DNA of 64,000 bases from an uncultured delta proteobacterium (GCA_963745035.1 CAVUVW010000015.1:256001-320000); one strand, 5' to 3'. Positions 9,990-21,260 are shown, counted from the first letter of the stretch. The notes: a model not told the origin generated them from the letters alone. Made by a program: numbers and translations.

Positions 9990-11141
9990 ATGTTGAATGG
10001 TTTTAGAGTCTACGACGCCGATGCCCATGCGATCATGAGTCCCGCCATGTGGCAGGACTTGCCGGAGGATTTTATCCGTCGCCGTCCGCGCGCCGTGCGC
10101 ATCATCGACGACAAAGACTTGGGGCGCTGGAACACCGGCTGGCTCATCGAAGGGCGGATGGAGCCCCACGTTTTCGGCCCGGGATCCCACGCCGCCAACA
10201 CGCCCGGCATTGTCATGGATGAACTGGGAACCCGGTCGAATGTCGACAAGGCCCACGGCGCAATCCCCATCGGTTGCCTCGATCTTTCCAATCCGCCCGA
10301 GCGTCTTGCGACTCTCGACAAGCTCGGCATCGACGTGCAGTTTTTGATGCCGAGCACGCTTTACGCCAACATCACCGAAGAGCCCTCCTACGAAGCCGCG
10401 CTCTACCGCACTTACAATCGGTACATGGGACGGCAATGCCGCGCATATTCCGAACGGCTCAAGTGGGCCGGCCTTCTGCCCATGCGCGATGCGCGCCAGG
10501 CCTGCGAGGCGATCGAGGAAATGCAAAAGCTCGGCGCCGCCGCGGCGGTGGTCTACGGCACGGTCGGCAACCGCATGCTCAGCCATTCGAGCTTTGCGCC
10601 GGTTTGGGACGAGTTCGCGCGCTCCGGCTTGCCGCTCTGCGTCCATATGGGGTCGAGTTACGCTCCCTTGAGCGAGCTATGCGAGAACATTCTGGACTCG
10701 AACATGATCAGCAAAGCTCTGCCGGCCAATTTGGCCTTCGTCGCGATCGTCGCTCACGGCATGCTCGACCGATATCCGAATTTAAAAGTCGGCTTTCTCG
10801 AGTTCGGCGCCGAATGGATTTTCTATATGGCCGGCAGGTTGAAGCATTACGCCGTGCTGAATAAGCGGCGCATGCCGTCGAGCAAAGGGCTGCTGGCGCG
10901 CGACGTGGACGATTATTTCAAGTCCGGCCATATCTTTGTCGCGGCGGAAGCCGACGACGCCATGATGGCGCAGGAGATGGAACTGCTGGGCGAGGATCAA
11001 ATTCTTTTTTCCTCGGATTTTCCCCACGACGAAGGGCGCGGCGACGCAATGAAAGAGATTCTCGAGCGCCACGATCTTTCGGAGGTCCAGAAGCGTAAAG
11101 TTCTTTGCGACAACACCTTGCGTTTTTTTGGCGCCGCATAA
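9990..11141 (+). CDS. Amidohydrolase-2 family protein
   Basis: DADAH, YNRY, LPLCVH, FLEFGAEW, FSSDFPHD. Confidence 0.9.
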   Translation: MLNGFRVYDADAHAIMSPAMWQDLPEDFIRRRPRAVRIIDDKDLGRWNTGWLIEGRMEPHVFGPGSHAANTPGIVMDELGTRSNVDKAHGAIPIGCLDLSNPPERLATLDKLGIDVQFLMPSTLYANITEEPSYEAALYRTYNRYMGRQCRAYSERLKWAGLLPMRDARQACEAIEEMQKLGAAAAVVYGTVGNRMLSHSSFAPVWDEFARSGLPLCVHMGSSYAPLSELCENILDSNMISKALPANLAFVAIVAHGMLDRYPNLKVGFLEFGAEWIFYMAGRLKHYAVLNKRRMPSSKGLLARDVDDYFKSGHIFVAAEADDAMMAQEMELLGEDQILFSSDFPHDEGRGDAMKEILERHDLSEVQKRKVLCDNTLRFFGAA

Positions 11142-11153
11142 AGGAAGTCTCCC

Positions 11154-12135
11154 GTGAAGCTCAAACTTTCATTCGCTTGCGCGCTGGCAATCTTTACCGT
11201 GCTCGCCGTTTATGTCTCTGCGACGGCCAAGCCCATCCGCATCGCGATTCCCGGCTACAACATCACCCAAATCGCTTTCTTCGTCGCCAAGAGAGCGAGG
11301 CTTCTTCAAAGATGAAGGCTTGGACGTCGAGCTCATTCAGATGACCGGGACGTTGGCCAATCTCGCGCTCATGTCCGGCGAAGTGCCTTTCACGAGCGTG
11401 CCGACCGCCGCCATGACGGCGAATCTTCGCGGCGCCAATCTGCGCGTGCTTTTTACGACCTTCGAACGGCCTTTGTTCTGGCTCTACAGCAGGCCGCAGA
11501 TCCGCGACGTGAAGGAGCTAAAGAACAAGAAGGTCGGCGTCGGCGGGCTCAATCAAGCGAGTTATACGCTGCTGAGAGAATTGCTAAGCAACTACGGTTT
11601 GGAATCGGGGCGAGATTACACGCTTATTCAGGCCGGCGACAGCGCGCCGCGTTTCATGGCGCTCACCACCGGTTTCATCGATGCGACACTCATGCCGCTG
11701 CCTTGGAATTTCTCCGCCCAAGACGCCGGCATGCACGAGCTCGTGGCGCTTTCCAAGGCCGACGTCACCGCGCCGACCGGAAGCATCGTGCTGCGCGAGG
11801 AGCTGCTGCGCAACGAGCCGCAACTGGTCGAGCAGTTCACCCGCGCGACGTTGAAAGCGCTGCGCTACGCGACCGAACGCCGCGCAGGCGCCATCGCCGC
11901 TCTAACCCAGAGCCTAAAAATCAAGGAAGATCTCGCCGCGAAAGGTTACGACGCGGCCCGGCCCGCGTTGACCACTGACGGAACCATGACCGAAGCGTCG
12001 CAGCGCAAAGCGTTGGACGCGGTGCTCAAAAGCGCCGGCGTGAAAGAAGCGCCGCCGCTGGACAGATTCTTCAATTTCGCGATCGCAAGAAAGGTTGCCG
12101 CGGATTTGCAAGCCAAAGGTTGGAAACCGCAATAA
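11154..12135 (+). CDS. NitT/TauT-family substrate-binding protein (frameshift near 11293)
   Basis: GTG start MKLKLSFACALAIF..AKPIRIAIPG..FFVAK joins ERGFFKDEGLDVELI, LKNKKVGV. Confidence 0.85.
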
Positions 12136-12138
12136 AGA

Positions 12139-12219
12139 AAGGATGAAGGATAAAGGCGAAAGGATAAAAAGGTCGGCGATTTTCCGAAATTATCCTTTAT
12201 CCCTTATCCTTTATCCTTC
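12139..12219. repeat. Inverted array of 7-bp repeats (AAGGATR / TTATCCY)
   Basis: aaggatg aaggata aaggcga aaggata ... ttatcct ttatccc ttatcct ttatcct; between convergent genes, overlaps the stop of the dioxygenase. Confidence 0.8.
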
Positions 12220-13395
12220 AAAGATCATCGTCAGATACCCCGTCCCGTTGCTGCCCTGATAGCAAAGTGAATTGCCTTTGATGTCCTTGCCGAGCGCGCC
12301 GCGCATCATATAGAGGTGCCCCGCTCGTCCCTCCGGATTCCAGGATTCGAAGTCGTCGTCGCTCATGTCGATGAGCCTGCCGTGCTGTCCTTTCTCGAGC
12401 CACTCTTTGGCGAGCCGATCGAATCGTTCGCCTTGAGGCACGACGTACTCGGGCGGTTTGGAAAAATCGAAGGTGTGAGACAAGCCGCCGCTGGCGACGA
12501 AAAACGCTCTCCGCCCGAGCCCTTGCACCGCCTCGCCGATGATCTCGCCGAAACGGCGATGAGCCTCGCGCGGCCCGCGCCACCAGATCGAGCACGGCAC
12601 CAGCGCTGTGCGTCGATCACCGGATAGAAGATGTCCCGGCACCCACACCGCATGCTCCTGCGCGACCCGGTGAATCCGCCTGACCGGCAGCTCGGCGCGG
12701 CGCGCCAGATCGCCGATCAGCGCCGCCAGCTCGGGATCGCCGGGAAAACTGAAGAGCTGCGGCTCGACGCCTTGATACGAAGCATCGCAGCCATCCTCGT
12801 GCTTGTCGCCGTCGTCGATAAAGAACCCGTCCCGCGGCATCCAGTGGGTCGATGCCAGCACAATTACATCCGGCTGTAATTCGTCGAGCCGCTGTCTCAC
12901 CTGGTCGATAGCGGCCAAAGATTTGTTGCGATGATCGGCGGGCCGGTGGCGCGCCTCGTACATCGGAATCGTGTGCGGCAAAACCGCGCCGCCGATGAAT
13001 GCGCCCCGACCGTGCGTGCTGCTTGCGGAGACCGGTTCAGGGTCGACGCCACAAAATTCCTTGGCGCACCAGGCCGCGAAGTCGCTTGAATTCTTCTCCG
13101 GCTCAGCCGCCGACTCGACATCTAGTGAAATCACCCGGATCACCGGAACATTGTCGCGGCTCCAGTCTCCAGGCTGCCCATCGGGAGCGAGCGCGACCGT
13201 GTAGATACAGTCGTATTTCTGGTTGATCGCGGTGCCGTTTTTCTGCCGGCTGATCGTGCGCGGATAACCGAGCACTTCGATGTCGATGACCACCGCCGCT
13301 CGATCACGATAACGCGCCAACCCCGGGGTCCACAGATCGGTCAAGCGCACCAGAGTGCCGCGTTCGTACATGTCGTCTATGGTTCGGTAATCCAT
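12211..13395 (-). CDS. Class III (LigB/HpaD-like) extradiol ring-cleavage dioxygenase with extra ~120-aa N-terminal domain
   Basis: PHTIP, QPDVIVLASTHW, GDPELA, EHAVWVP, ASGGLSH, EG motifs; N-terminal region unrelated to LigB. Confidence 0.82.
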   Translation of the reverse strand: MDYRTIDDMYERGTLVRLTDLWTPGLARYRDRAAVVIDIEVLGYPRTISRQKNGTAINQKYDCIYTVALAPDGQPGDWSRDNVPVIRVISLDVESAAEPEKNSSDFAAWCAKEFCGVDPEPVSASSTHGRGAFIGGAVLPHTIPMYEARHRPADHRNKSLAAIDQVRQRLDELQPDVIVLASTHWMPRDGFFIDDGDKHEDGCDASYQGVEPQLFSFPGDPELAALIGDLARRAELPVRRIHRVAQEHAVWVPGHLLSGDRRTALVPCSIWWRGPREAHRRFGEIIGEAVQGLGRRAFFVASGGLSHTFDFSKPPEYVVPQGERFDRLAKEWLEKGQHGRLIDMSDDDFESWNPEGRAGHLYMMRGALGKDIKGNSLCYQGSNGTGYLTMIFEG

Positions 13396-13545
13396 TGAGT
13401 CATATCTCCGCGATCTGCGCCGCAATAGACCGGCGGCAACACGTCCGCTACTTTAAGCGTTCAGTCCGCAACAGTTGATCTGGCCGTCAGCTTTTCAGAA
13501 ATCCCTTTCTTCTACCCTCGTGCCGCAAAGAGACTTGGGTTAAAT

Positions 13546-13626
13546 TGTCATGCTGAGGCGACGAAGAATCTGCCTTTTTGAAAGTTCGCCAGAAAAGGGA
13601 GCTTTGAGTATAGGTTCAGCATGACA
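13546..13626. repeat. Palindromic element with TGTCATGCTGA/TCAGCATGACA ends
   Basis: 11-bp terminal inverted repeat, internal CGAAGAATCTGC shared with 21289-21363. Confidence 0.75.
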
Positions 13627-13684
13627 GCCGACTGATACTAACATTCCACGATAATTTCGCTGCGAAGAGGCAACCGCCGTATCA

Positions 13685-15469
13685 CTATTTTCGCGCCAGC
13701 GACATCTCCTCGACCACCGTCGGCAGATGGGCAGAGATGATCGCCGGAGATCCTTGTCGAACACACTCGAGACCGCGCCTCAACGCCGGCCCAAGCCTTT
13801 CAGGATCACTGACGGTTTCACCGTAGCCGCCCACCGACTCAGCTAGTTTACCGAAATCCGGAGCCGGATCGAGAAGCCCGCCCTCATAATTTCCGGTGGC
13901 CTGGGCCGCGCCCTGGGGATAGGCTCGTTTCAAGCCCGAAGTTCCGGTGCTGTAAGAACGATTCGTAAAAATAACCGTGAGGAAGGCTGCTTTGTAATGC
14001 GCCGCGCTCCAGAGCGCCGGCAGGGGAGTGCCAAACATGAAGAAGCCGTCGCCGGTGACCAATACAACATCGCTTTCCGGGCTCGCGAGCTTGGCGCCGA
14101 AAGCGGCGCCGCTCCCCCAGCCGCCCGACGAACCACCGCCGCCAAAATATGTGTTCGGCAAGTCGCGGCCATGATACTCCTGGACGTAGCCGGAATTGCT
14201 CAATGCCTCATCGAGAATAATGCTGTTCGGCTCGAGAATCTTGCCCAACTGATACGCCACCCAGCGCGGGTGCATGGGCCGGCGCTGGCCTGCGCGCTGC
14301 GCTGCTTCTTCCGCTTCGCGCACCATCTCGCGCTTGCGCGCGTGCAATCTCTCCTTGCGGTCGGCGATACGGCTCATGTGCGTGTGGGAGAGCATCTGCG
14401 TCGCTGCGTCGTGAATCGCGCGGAGCGCAGTCACTGCGGGCACGGGTAGCCAGAGATCGGCGTGATACTCCATGGTTTTGTAGCGCGACTGCACCGGATC
14501 GACATCAATCCAGGCAATCTTGGCTTCGGCGCGCGGCGATTCCAGCGGCGGCATGAACGGCATCGGATTCTCGATTACCAAGAGCACGTCGGCGTCCTTT
14601 GATTCGGGACCGGTGCCATAAAGCGGATGCGTGGTCGGAAAATTCAAACGATCGACCCGGTCGGTATCCATCACCGGCAACGCGAGCAGCTCGGCCAAAC
14701 GAATCAACTCCGCGACAGATTCGGGATTGCGCCCCGCCTTGCTGGCGAAGACGCATGGATTCTCGGCGTTGACGAGCCATTCGGCGATGCGCCGCGCGTC
14801 CGCGGCGTCGGGCCAGGCCGGCCGCGCGATGCCAAGCTCGTCGCGGGTGGGAAAACGGATTTTGTTCGGCAGCCGCAACATCGCCGTTTCGCGCGGCACT
14901 GCTAAATAGACCGGTCCTTGCGGCTCACTCATAGCGACTTGCAGCATGCGGCTCACGATCAGTCCCGGATTGTCCTGATGCTCGAGGCGGTGATCGAGCT
15001 TGGTGTATTGTCTGACGATCTCCCCTTGGTCGCGCGGCTCCTGCACCCACTGAACCGGCCGGTTGCGGGCGCCCATCATCGAACCCGGATACGCCCGCGG
15101 TCCGGTGCCGGCCGTCATCAAGACCGGATATCCACCGCGCCAGGCGCTGTGCAGCGCCGCGCCATAATTCAATGTTCCGACGTCGACGTGCGCCGCGGTC
15201 ACCGAAGGCTGTCCGGAAATCATCGTGCAGCCGAGCGCCGAGTTCAAAGCGACTCCCTCGTGCGGCACGGTGATCAACTTCGGCGTCGGCCAGCCGCGCA
15301 CCTGCGCTTTCGCCACGCTTTCCTGGTAAAAGGCGATCTCCGCTCCGGAGACGAAAAAAATATGCTCCACACCGCCCAGCTTCATCGACGCCACCAGCGC
15401 ATCCGACCATTCCTCGGCGTCATACTCCTTCCACCTCGGATCGAAAGCCACGGTTTGTCCCTCGAACAT
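13685..15469 (-). CDS. Thiamine diphosphate-dependent enzyme (decarboxylase/acetolactate synthase-like family)
   Basis: PHEG catalytic Glu, HVDVGT, GPVYL..PRE, GDGFFMFG...N TPP motif, PDFGKLAE. Confidence 0.9.
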   Translation of the reverse strand: MFEGQTVAFDPRWKEYDAEEWSDALVASMKLGGVEHIFFVSGAEIAFYQESVAKAQVRGWPTPKLITVPHEGVALNSALGCTMISGQPSVTAAHVDVGTLNYGAALHSAWRGGYPVLMTAGTGPRAYPGSMMGARNRPVQWVQEPRDQGEIVRQYTKLDHRLEHQDNPGLIVSRMLQVAMSEPQGPVYLAVPRETAMLRLPNKIRFPTRDELGIARPAWPDAADARRIAEWLVNAENPCVFASKAGRNPESVAELIRLAELLALPVMDTDRVDRLNFPTTHPLYGTGPESKDADVLLVIENPMPFMPPLESPRAEAKIAWIDVDPVQSRYKTMEYHADLWLPVPAVTALRAIHDAATQMLSHTHMSRIADRKERLHARKREMVREAEEAAQRAGQRRPMHPRWVAYQLGKILEPNSIILDEALSNSGYVQEYHGRDLPNTYFGGGGSSGGWGSGAAFGAKLASPESDVVLVTGDGFFMFGTPLPALWSAAHYKAAFLTVIFTNRSYSTGTSGLKRAYPQGAAQATGNYEGGLLDPAPDFGKLAESVGGYGETVSDPERLGPALRRGLECVRQGSPAIISAHLPTVVEEMSLARK

Positions 15470-15695
15470 TATCTTAGTTCTCCCGTCCAGTCCGATCAGA
15501 ATAAAAATTCATTTAAGCTTAGGCCGTCGACAACTGCCGCCAGCGCAGTTTTTGTTGCGTCCCACACCGGTATAATGCCAACCATAGCAAAATTCGGAAA
15601 TCATTATCCAGGCTCCGTAGTGGTTCAGTTTCACTTTGCTAAGAATCTCGACATTCCGCGAAAGATGCCTTGCTACCGCCAGGCTGTGAAGACTA

Positions 15696-15810
15696 CGTTC
15701 ATGGTTTCCTTCGGCTTCGCTCAGGACAGCGCTCACCACGAACGGGTCCGATGTAGTTTTTCACATGCTCTGACCGCTCGGGATGATAACTCGCTCAGGA
15801 TAAACTCGTG
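15696..15810. repeat. Degenerate palindromic element (CGTTCATGGT..CTTCGGCTTCGCTCAGGAC..ACCACGAACG)
   Basis: cgttcatggt/accacgaacg inverted ends; TCGCTCAGGA occurs twice. Confidence 0.55.
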
Positions 15811-15919
15811 AGAGACCTTTGCTAAAATGAATCACTAATTGACCACGACAAAAGTCGTAGCACGGTTGACACGCTAGGGTTCAAATGGATAAATACCGCT
15901 CCTAGCGAGCAAAGATCTC

Positions 15920-16745
15920 ATGCCGGATCTCGCACAGGCCACGCGCCGAATCGGACTGCGCCGAGCGCGGCAGTCATCAGCGTCGAAAAGGTCAGCAAGT
16001 TTTTCCAGACGCCGAGCCAGGACAACCTGGGCGCGCTCTGGACATCGATTTAGACATCCGTCCCGGCGAGTTCGTCACCGTGGTCGGACCGAGCGGTTGC
16101 GGCAAATCCACTTTGCTCAAGCTGGTCGCCGGTCTTTCGCCGGTGCTCCGCCGGACGGATTCTGTTCCAAGGCGAAGAGGTGCGCGGCCTCAACACCAGG
16201 GTCGGCTACGTGCCGCAAGAGAGCAAGCTCTTTCCCTGGCTCACCGTCGAGGAAAACGTCGGCTTCGGCCTCAATCCCAAACGTTACTCGCGCGCCGACC
16301 GCGAGCGGCAAGTCGATTATTTCATCAAGCTCGCCGGCCTCGCCGGTTTTGAAAAATATTATCCCGCGCAGTTTCGGGCGGTATGGGCAAGCGGGCTTCG
16401 ATCATCCGCGCGCTCGCCTACGAGCCGCCGGTGATCTTGATGGACGAGCCGTTCGGGCCGCTCGACGCACAGACCCGCATGGTGCTGCAAGATGAGCTGT
16501 TAAAAATCTGGGAGCAAAAACGTCAGACCATCGTTTTCGTCACCCATGACTTGGTCGAAGCCGTCGCGCTGGCCGACCGCGTCGTCGTCATGACCCATCG
16601 CCCCGGAAAAATCAAAGACGTCATCAAAGATCCGATGGCGCGGCCGCGCAATATTTTCGAGATTCACCGCCAAGAAGGTTTCGACGAGGCTTATGGCCGC
16701 TTGTGGAATATCTTTCGCCACGAGCTCAATATCGGAGCACCCTAG
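15920..16745 (+). CDS. NitT/TauT-family ABC ATP-binding protein (several frameshifts)
   Basis: [46 protein letters not shown] spread over three ORFs. Confidence 0.85.
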
Positions 16746-16755
16746 AGCTGCTGCG

Positions 16756-17632
16756 ATGGCCGAAATAACAGATCAAGTACGGCCTCAACCTGATGCGTCG
16801 CTGGGCACAACGCCGAACTATGCCAACGACCGCAACGTCAAAGCGGATGTTTTCGCGCGCGTCACCGTGACGTTAGCGTCCGCATTGCGCCATTGTCGGA
16901 GGGCTTTTTTCTCGCTTTGGGAATTCGCCTCCGGCAGATGGATCGAACCGTTTCTGATCAGCAGCCCCAGCCGTATTTTTACGTCTCTGTTCACCGGTTT
17001 CTACTCGGGTGACTTGCTCCAGCATACCTGGGTGACCTTTTTGGAAATTGCCATCGGATTTCCCATCGGGCGCTATTGCGGGCATCGCCTCGGCTACAGT
17101 TTCGGCCGGAGCCGATTCTCGCGGAGATATTTGAGCCGATCATTATCGCGCTCAACGGCATTCCGCGCACCGCGCTGGCGCCGCTTTTCATAGTCTGGCT
17201 CGGCATCGGTCTTTGGTCCAAAGTCGGCGTAGTGTTTCTGCTCACCTTCTTTCTCAATTTTTTTAATACTTACACCGGCATGCGCCAGATGGATCAGGAA
17301 TACGTCGACTTGGCGGAACTCATGGGCGTCAAAGGATGGAAGTTCACTTTCAAGGTGATTTTTCCGGCGATCTCGCCCTATGTTTTCACCGGCATCCGCA
17401 CCAGCATTCCCTTCGCCGTCATCGGCGCTATCGTCGGCGAATTCGTTGCCGCCACCGAAGGAGTCGGATTTTTCATCCGCATGTCGGCGGGGATATTCAG
17501 AACCGCCGACGTGTTTGTCGGCATCATCGTCTTGATGATCATGGTGATCATCATGGACAAAATGGCCGAGCGGTCGAGCGCAGAGCGCTGCGCTGGCAGA
17601 CGCAAACAGAACATATCCAAATCCAGGCCTGA
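16756..17632 (+). CDS. NitT/TauT-family ABC permease (frameshifted)
   Basis: ISSPSRI, NGIPRTALAPLFIVWLGIG, VIGAIVGEF. Confidence 0.85.
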
Positions 17633-17650
17633 AGGAAAGGAGATTCTGCG

Positions 17651-18706
17651 ATGCGAAAACAAGCTAAACTTGTGATCGGAATTGTCGCCTTGACCATGTT
17701 TATGCTCTTGCCGGCGATACCCCACAGGCGCAGCCCAACAGAAAGAAATGCCGGAAATTTCCATGCTGACCGCCGTGCCCAATTTCGCTTTCGCGGCGAT
17801 CTGGGTTGCCGAGCAGCTCAAATATTTCGAGCAGGAGGGCGTGCGGATAAAGATCACGCCCGCGCCGAGCGGCTCGGTCTGTCTGAACGCGGTGGTCGGC
17901 CGCTCGACCAATTTCTGCGCCTCCACATCCGAGGGACTTGTGCTGGCGCGGGTCGAGGGCGCGCCGGCGATCGCGATTCAAGCGCACAATCGTACCATGA
18001 CGTTGGGCGTAACCCTACGTAAAGCGATCGTCGATAAACTCGGCCTGACTCGTGAAAGCCCAATCCAGAGCGCGGCTCAAAGCACTGACCCAGTTGGGCA
18101 CCATCGGCGCGACGGGTCCCGGCGCCGCCTCCGAACAGGTCATAAAATTTCTCGTGAAAAAAGCCGGCGCATCCGCGACCGTGCTTAAGTTCGTTTACAT
18201 CGGCGCGGCCGAGCTTCCCGCTTCGCTGATGAACGACGTGATCGACGCCTATGCGCTCTCTCCGCCATCGGCCGAAATCACCGAGGCTGCCGGCAAGGGC
18301 TACGTCCTGATCCCGCTGGGCAAGGGCGAAATCGCGGAATTGACCGATTACCCTTATGAAGTTCTCATGGTCCGCCCGGACTACGTCGAGGCGAACCCGA
18401 AGATCGCCATAGCGGTCTCGCGCGCGATATCGCGCGGCGGCGCGCTGTTTCGCAACAAACCCGAAGAGGCGAAGAGCCGCGCTGCGCGCCCACCGCCTTT
18501 CTGTCAAATTAACCGACGAAGTCTTCAACCTCTCACACAACATGGTCGCCGGCGCCATGCCTCCCTGGGGAACCATGAGCGCCGCCGGCTGGCAAAAGGT
18601 CATCAACTTCGCCACCGGCGCGGGCATCGTCAAGGATCTCGCGCAAGCGCCTTCGAGCAAAGAGGGCGTGCTGTGGACCAATAAATTTGTCGGCAAGCCG
18701 TCGTGA
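17651..18706 (+). CDS. NitT/TauT-family substrate-binding protein (frameshifted), paralog of downstream gene
   Basis: MPEISMLTAV..AEQLKYFEQEGVR..QAHNRTMTLG..LTQLGTIGAT..GKGYVLIPLG..WTNKFVGK across frames. Confidence 0.82.
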
Positions 18707-18857
18707 TTGTGAACGTAAACGATATTTTTCTCTCAAACGCCCGTGGGTCAATTCCACGGGCGTCTTTGTTTCAGGCTGGACATCGATGATCTTGACTCGA
18801 TTTCATTCGCGCAAAAACAACGGTAAGTCACGTTGCGCTAAATCGACGGGAGGAATC

Positions 18858-19907
18858 ATGCGAGCCATCAGAGACCTCTTCATGCGCAATATCCGCGCTG
18901 CGCTGTTACTTGCGGCCCTTGGCATCCCCATGCCGGCGCTTGCCCAGGAAATGCCGGAAATCACCATCGCCACAGCGGTCGGCAACATGGCCTACTCCGC
19001 CGTCTGGATCGCCGAACAGTTGAAGTATTTCGAGCAAGAGGGCGTCCGCGGCAAGATCACCGTCGCCGGCGGCGGAGCGCCTTGTCAATCCGCCGTTGTC
19101 GGCCGTAGCACCCATTTCTGCGCGTCGAGTTCGGAGGGGCTCATCCTCGCCAATCAGGAGGGTGCCTCGCTGATCGCGGTACAGGCGCACAACCGCAACA
19201 TGACTTTGGGCATCACCGTCCGCAAAGCGATCGTCGACAAATTCAAGCTGACGCGAAAAAGCCCGCTTAACGAACGGCTCAAAGTCCTGACACAACTCGG
19301 CACCATCGGCGCCACCAGCCCCGGCGCTGTATCTGAGCAAATTTTCAAATTTCTGGTAAAAAAAACCGGTGGAGATCCGGCCAAGCTCAAGTTCGCCTAT
19401 CTCGGCGGCAGCGAGCTCGTGGCGGCAATGGCGAACGATATTATCGACGGCCTGGCGCAATCCCCGCCGCAAGCGGAAAGCGCAGAAGCCATGGGAAAAG
19501 GCTACGTGCTTATCCCGCTCGGACTCGGCGAAGTTCCGGAGCTGACCAACTATCCCTACTTGGTTTTGATGAGCCGCGCCGACTGGGCCGAGCAAAATCC
19601 TAAGTTGGTTGCCGCGACGGCGCGTGCGATCTCTCGCGGAGGCGCGCTATTTCATACTGCTCCCGAGCAGGCAAAGGCCGCATTGCGCGCACACCGTTTT
19701 TCCGACTCCAAAAGGTTGGACGACAATCTTTTCAACCTGGCCTACTCACTGGTATCCAACGCGATCCCACCGTGGGGCGACATGAATCAGGAAGGCTGGC
19801 AGAAGGTTCTGGATTTTTCTATCGGCGCGGGCATCGTGAAGGATCGCGCCAAGGCGCCGTCTGCCAAGGAAGGCGCGCTATGGACGAACAAGTATGCGGG
19901 GAAGTGA
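18858..19907 (+). CDS. NitT/TauT-family substrate-binding protein
   Basis: GGAGG RBS, signal peptide (ALA-Q), intact paralog of 17651..18706. Confidence 0.87.
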   Translation: MRAIRDLFMRNIRAALLLAALGIPMPALAQEMPEITIATAVGNMAYSAVWIAEQLKYFEQEGVRGKITVAGGGAPCQSAVVGRSTHFCASSSEGLILANQEGASLIAVQAHNRNMTLGITVRKAIVDKFKLTRKSPLNERLKVLTQLGTIGATSPGAVSEQIFKFLVKKTGGDPAKLKFAYLGGSELVAAMANDIIDGLAQSPPQAESAEAMGKGYVLIPLGLGEVPELTNYPYLVLMSRADWAEQNPKLVAATARAISRGGALFHTAPEQAKAALRAHRFSDSKRLDDNLFNLAYSLVSNAIPPWGDMNQEGWQKVLDFSIGAGIVKDRAKAPSAKEGALWTNKYAGK

Positions 19908-19932
19908 CAGGCTGGCAAGAGTTATCCTAGGC

Positions 19933-20472
19933 TCAGCGACCGACGAGGTGTTTATTGGTGAGCACTATCTCTCTCACGTCATGATTCGACAGGGTCATTT
20001 CTGTTATCAACACACCGCCGTGCCTGGCATTCACTTGGGTCAATACAAACCACTTACCGTCTGGGACTTCCGAAAATGAAAAATTGCCTTGTGCGTCGCA
20101 CTGCGTCCTCCTGATCATGTTCTTCAAATTGGGATAGGTTTTCTCCGGGGGTTCCGGTTCGCTTCCTGCGACCATGTGCCCGATCATTTCTCGGAAGTAA
20201 GAAGTCGCCGGTAGCAACAAAACCCGGTTCCCTGCGCACGTGACGACACTCTCTCCTTGCTGCTTGAGAAAGGCTTGTCCGCTTATACCGTTTTCGCCCG
20301 GTTGCGCGTAGGGTTTATGTTCCGAATAATCTAACTTCGCATGCATCTTCACGAACCGTGGCGCCGGCTTTCTCGCAGCCTCTTGACGAACGAAAGAGCA
20401 TCCGGCAGATACGAGAGGCAAGCCGAGCACCACCGCAACGACTCCAAAGATTTTTGCCCTAAGGATTCTCAT
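19933..20472 (-). CDS. Putative lipoprotein (carboxypeptidase-regulatory-like beta domain)
   Basis: Lipobox-like VSAGC; ISGQAFL, VTCAG, CDAQGNFSFSEVPDGKWFV. Confidence 0.7.
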   Translation of the reverse strand: MRILRAKIFGVVAVVLGLPLVSAGCSFVRQEAARKPAPRFVKMHAKLDYSEHKPYAQPGENGISGQAFLKQQGESVVTCAGNRVLLLPATSYFREMIGHMVAGSEPEPPEKTYPNLKNMIRRTQCDAQGNFSFSEVPDGKWFVLTQVNARHGGVLITEMTLSNHDVREIVLTNKHLVGR

Positions 20473-20585
20473 TGGGTCACGATGGCGAAGGAGCGCCAGA
20501 CCTCATCGCTACAAGCGCCACAAGACGAGAATTTGCCGTTGACTGCAAAGCGGACCGCCGCGCCGGCACATTCACCACAAAGCGC

Positions 20586-21260
20586 TCAGCGATACCCCAT
20601 CGCTCCAAGAAACTGCTTCAACGAAGTGAATTTCAGGTAAGGATTCGTCTTCTTCTGCTCGCCGAGTGTCGCGTGCGGCTTCGCGGCGTAGTTGTGGCCG
20701 GGAAAAAGAATCGTATCGTCTGGCAAAGCCATGAGCTTCTGCGTCAGACTATTGTACATCTGCTCCGGATTGCCGCCGGGGAAATCAACTCGTCCGCAGG
20801 CGTCGATGAACAGCGTATCGCCGGAAACGATTCTGCCATCGATGAGAAAGCATTGGGAGCCCGGCGTGTGTCCCGGTGTGTGCATGAGCTGGATCTCCAC
20901 GCCGCCGACGTCGATCTTGTCGCCGTTGTCACTCTTGATCATGTCCGATGACGAGAGCCCCTTAAGAAACTCCGCTTCCGCTTTGTGCACGACTACCTTG
21001 GCTTTACACTTCTCAAGCAACTCCGTCACACCGTCTATCTCCATGCCCGCAAATCCACCACCAACGTGATCGGGATGGGTGTGCGTCACGAACGCATGGA
21101 TGATTTCCATCTCGTCCTGCGCCGCGATCTTCAGGATCGTGTCGATCTCCCAGGCGGCATCAACAACCGCGACTTTGCGCGTCTCCGTCGAGCCGATGAG
21201 ATAGACATAATTCTGCATCGGCCCCATCTCGATTTGTTTGAAGTACAGTTGATTGCTCAT
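20586..21260 (-). CDS. Metallo-beta-lactamase fold protein (glyoxalase II / persulfide dioxygenase-like)
   Basis: THTHPDH, TPGHTPGS, SGDTLF, CGRVDFPGG, FPGHNY, NPYL. Confidence 0.9.
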   Translation of the reverse strand: MSNQLYFKQIEMGPMQNYVYLIGSTETRKVAVVDAAWEIDTILKIAAQDEMEIIHAFVTHTHPDHVGGGFAGMEIDGVTELLEKCKAKVVVHKAEAEFLKGLSSSDMIKSDNGDKIDVGGVEIQLMHTPGHTPGSQCFLIDGRIVSGDTLFIDACGRVDFPGGNPEQMYNSLTQKLMALPDDTILFPGHNYAAKPHATLGEQKKTNPYLKFTSLKQFLGAMGYR

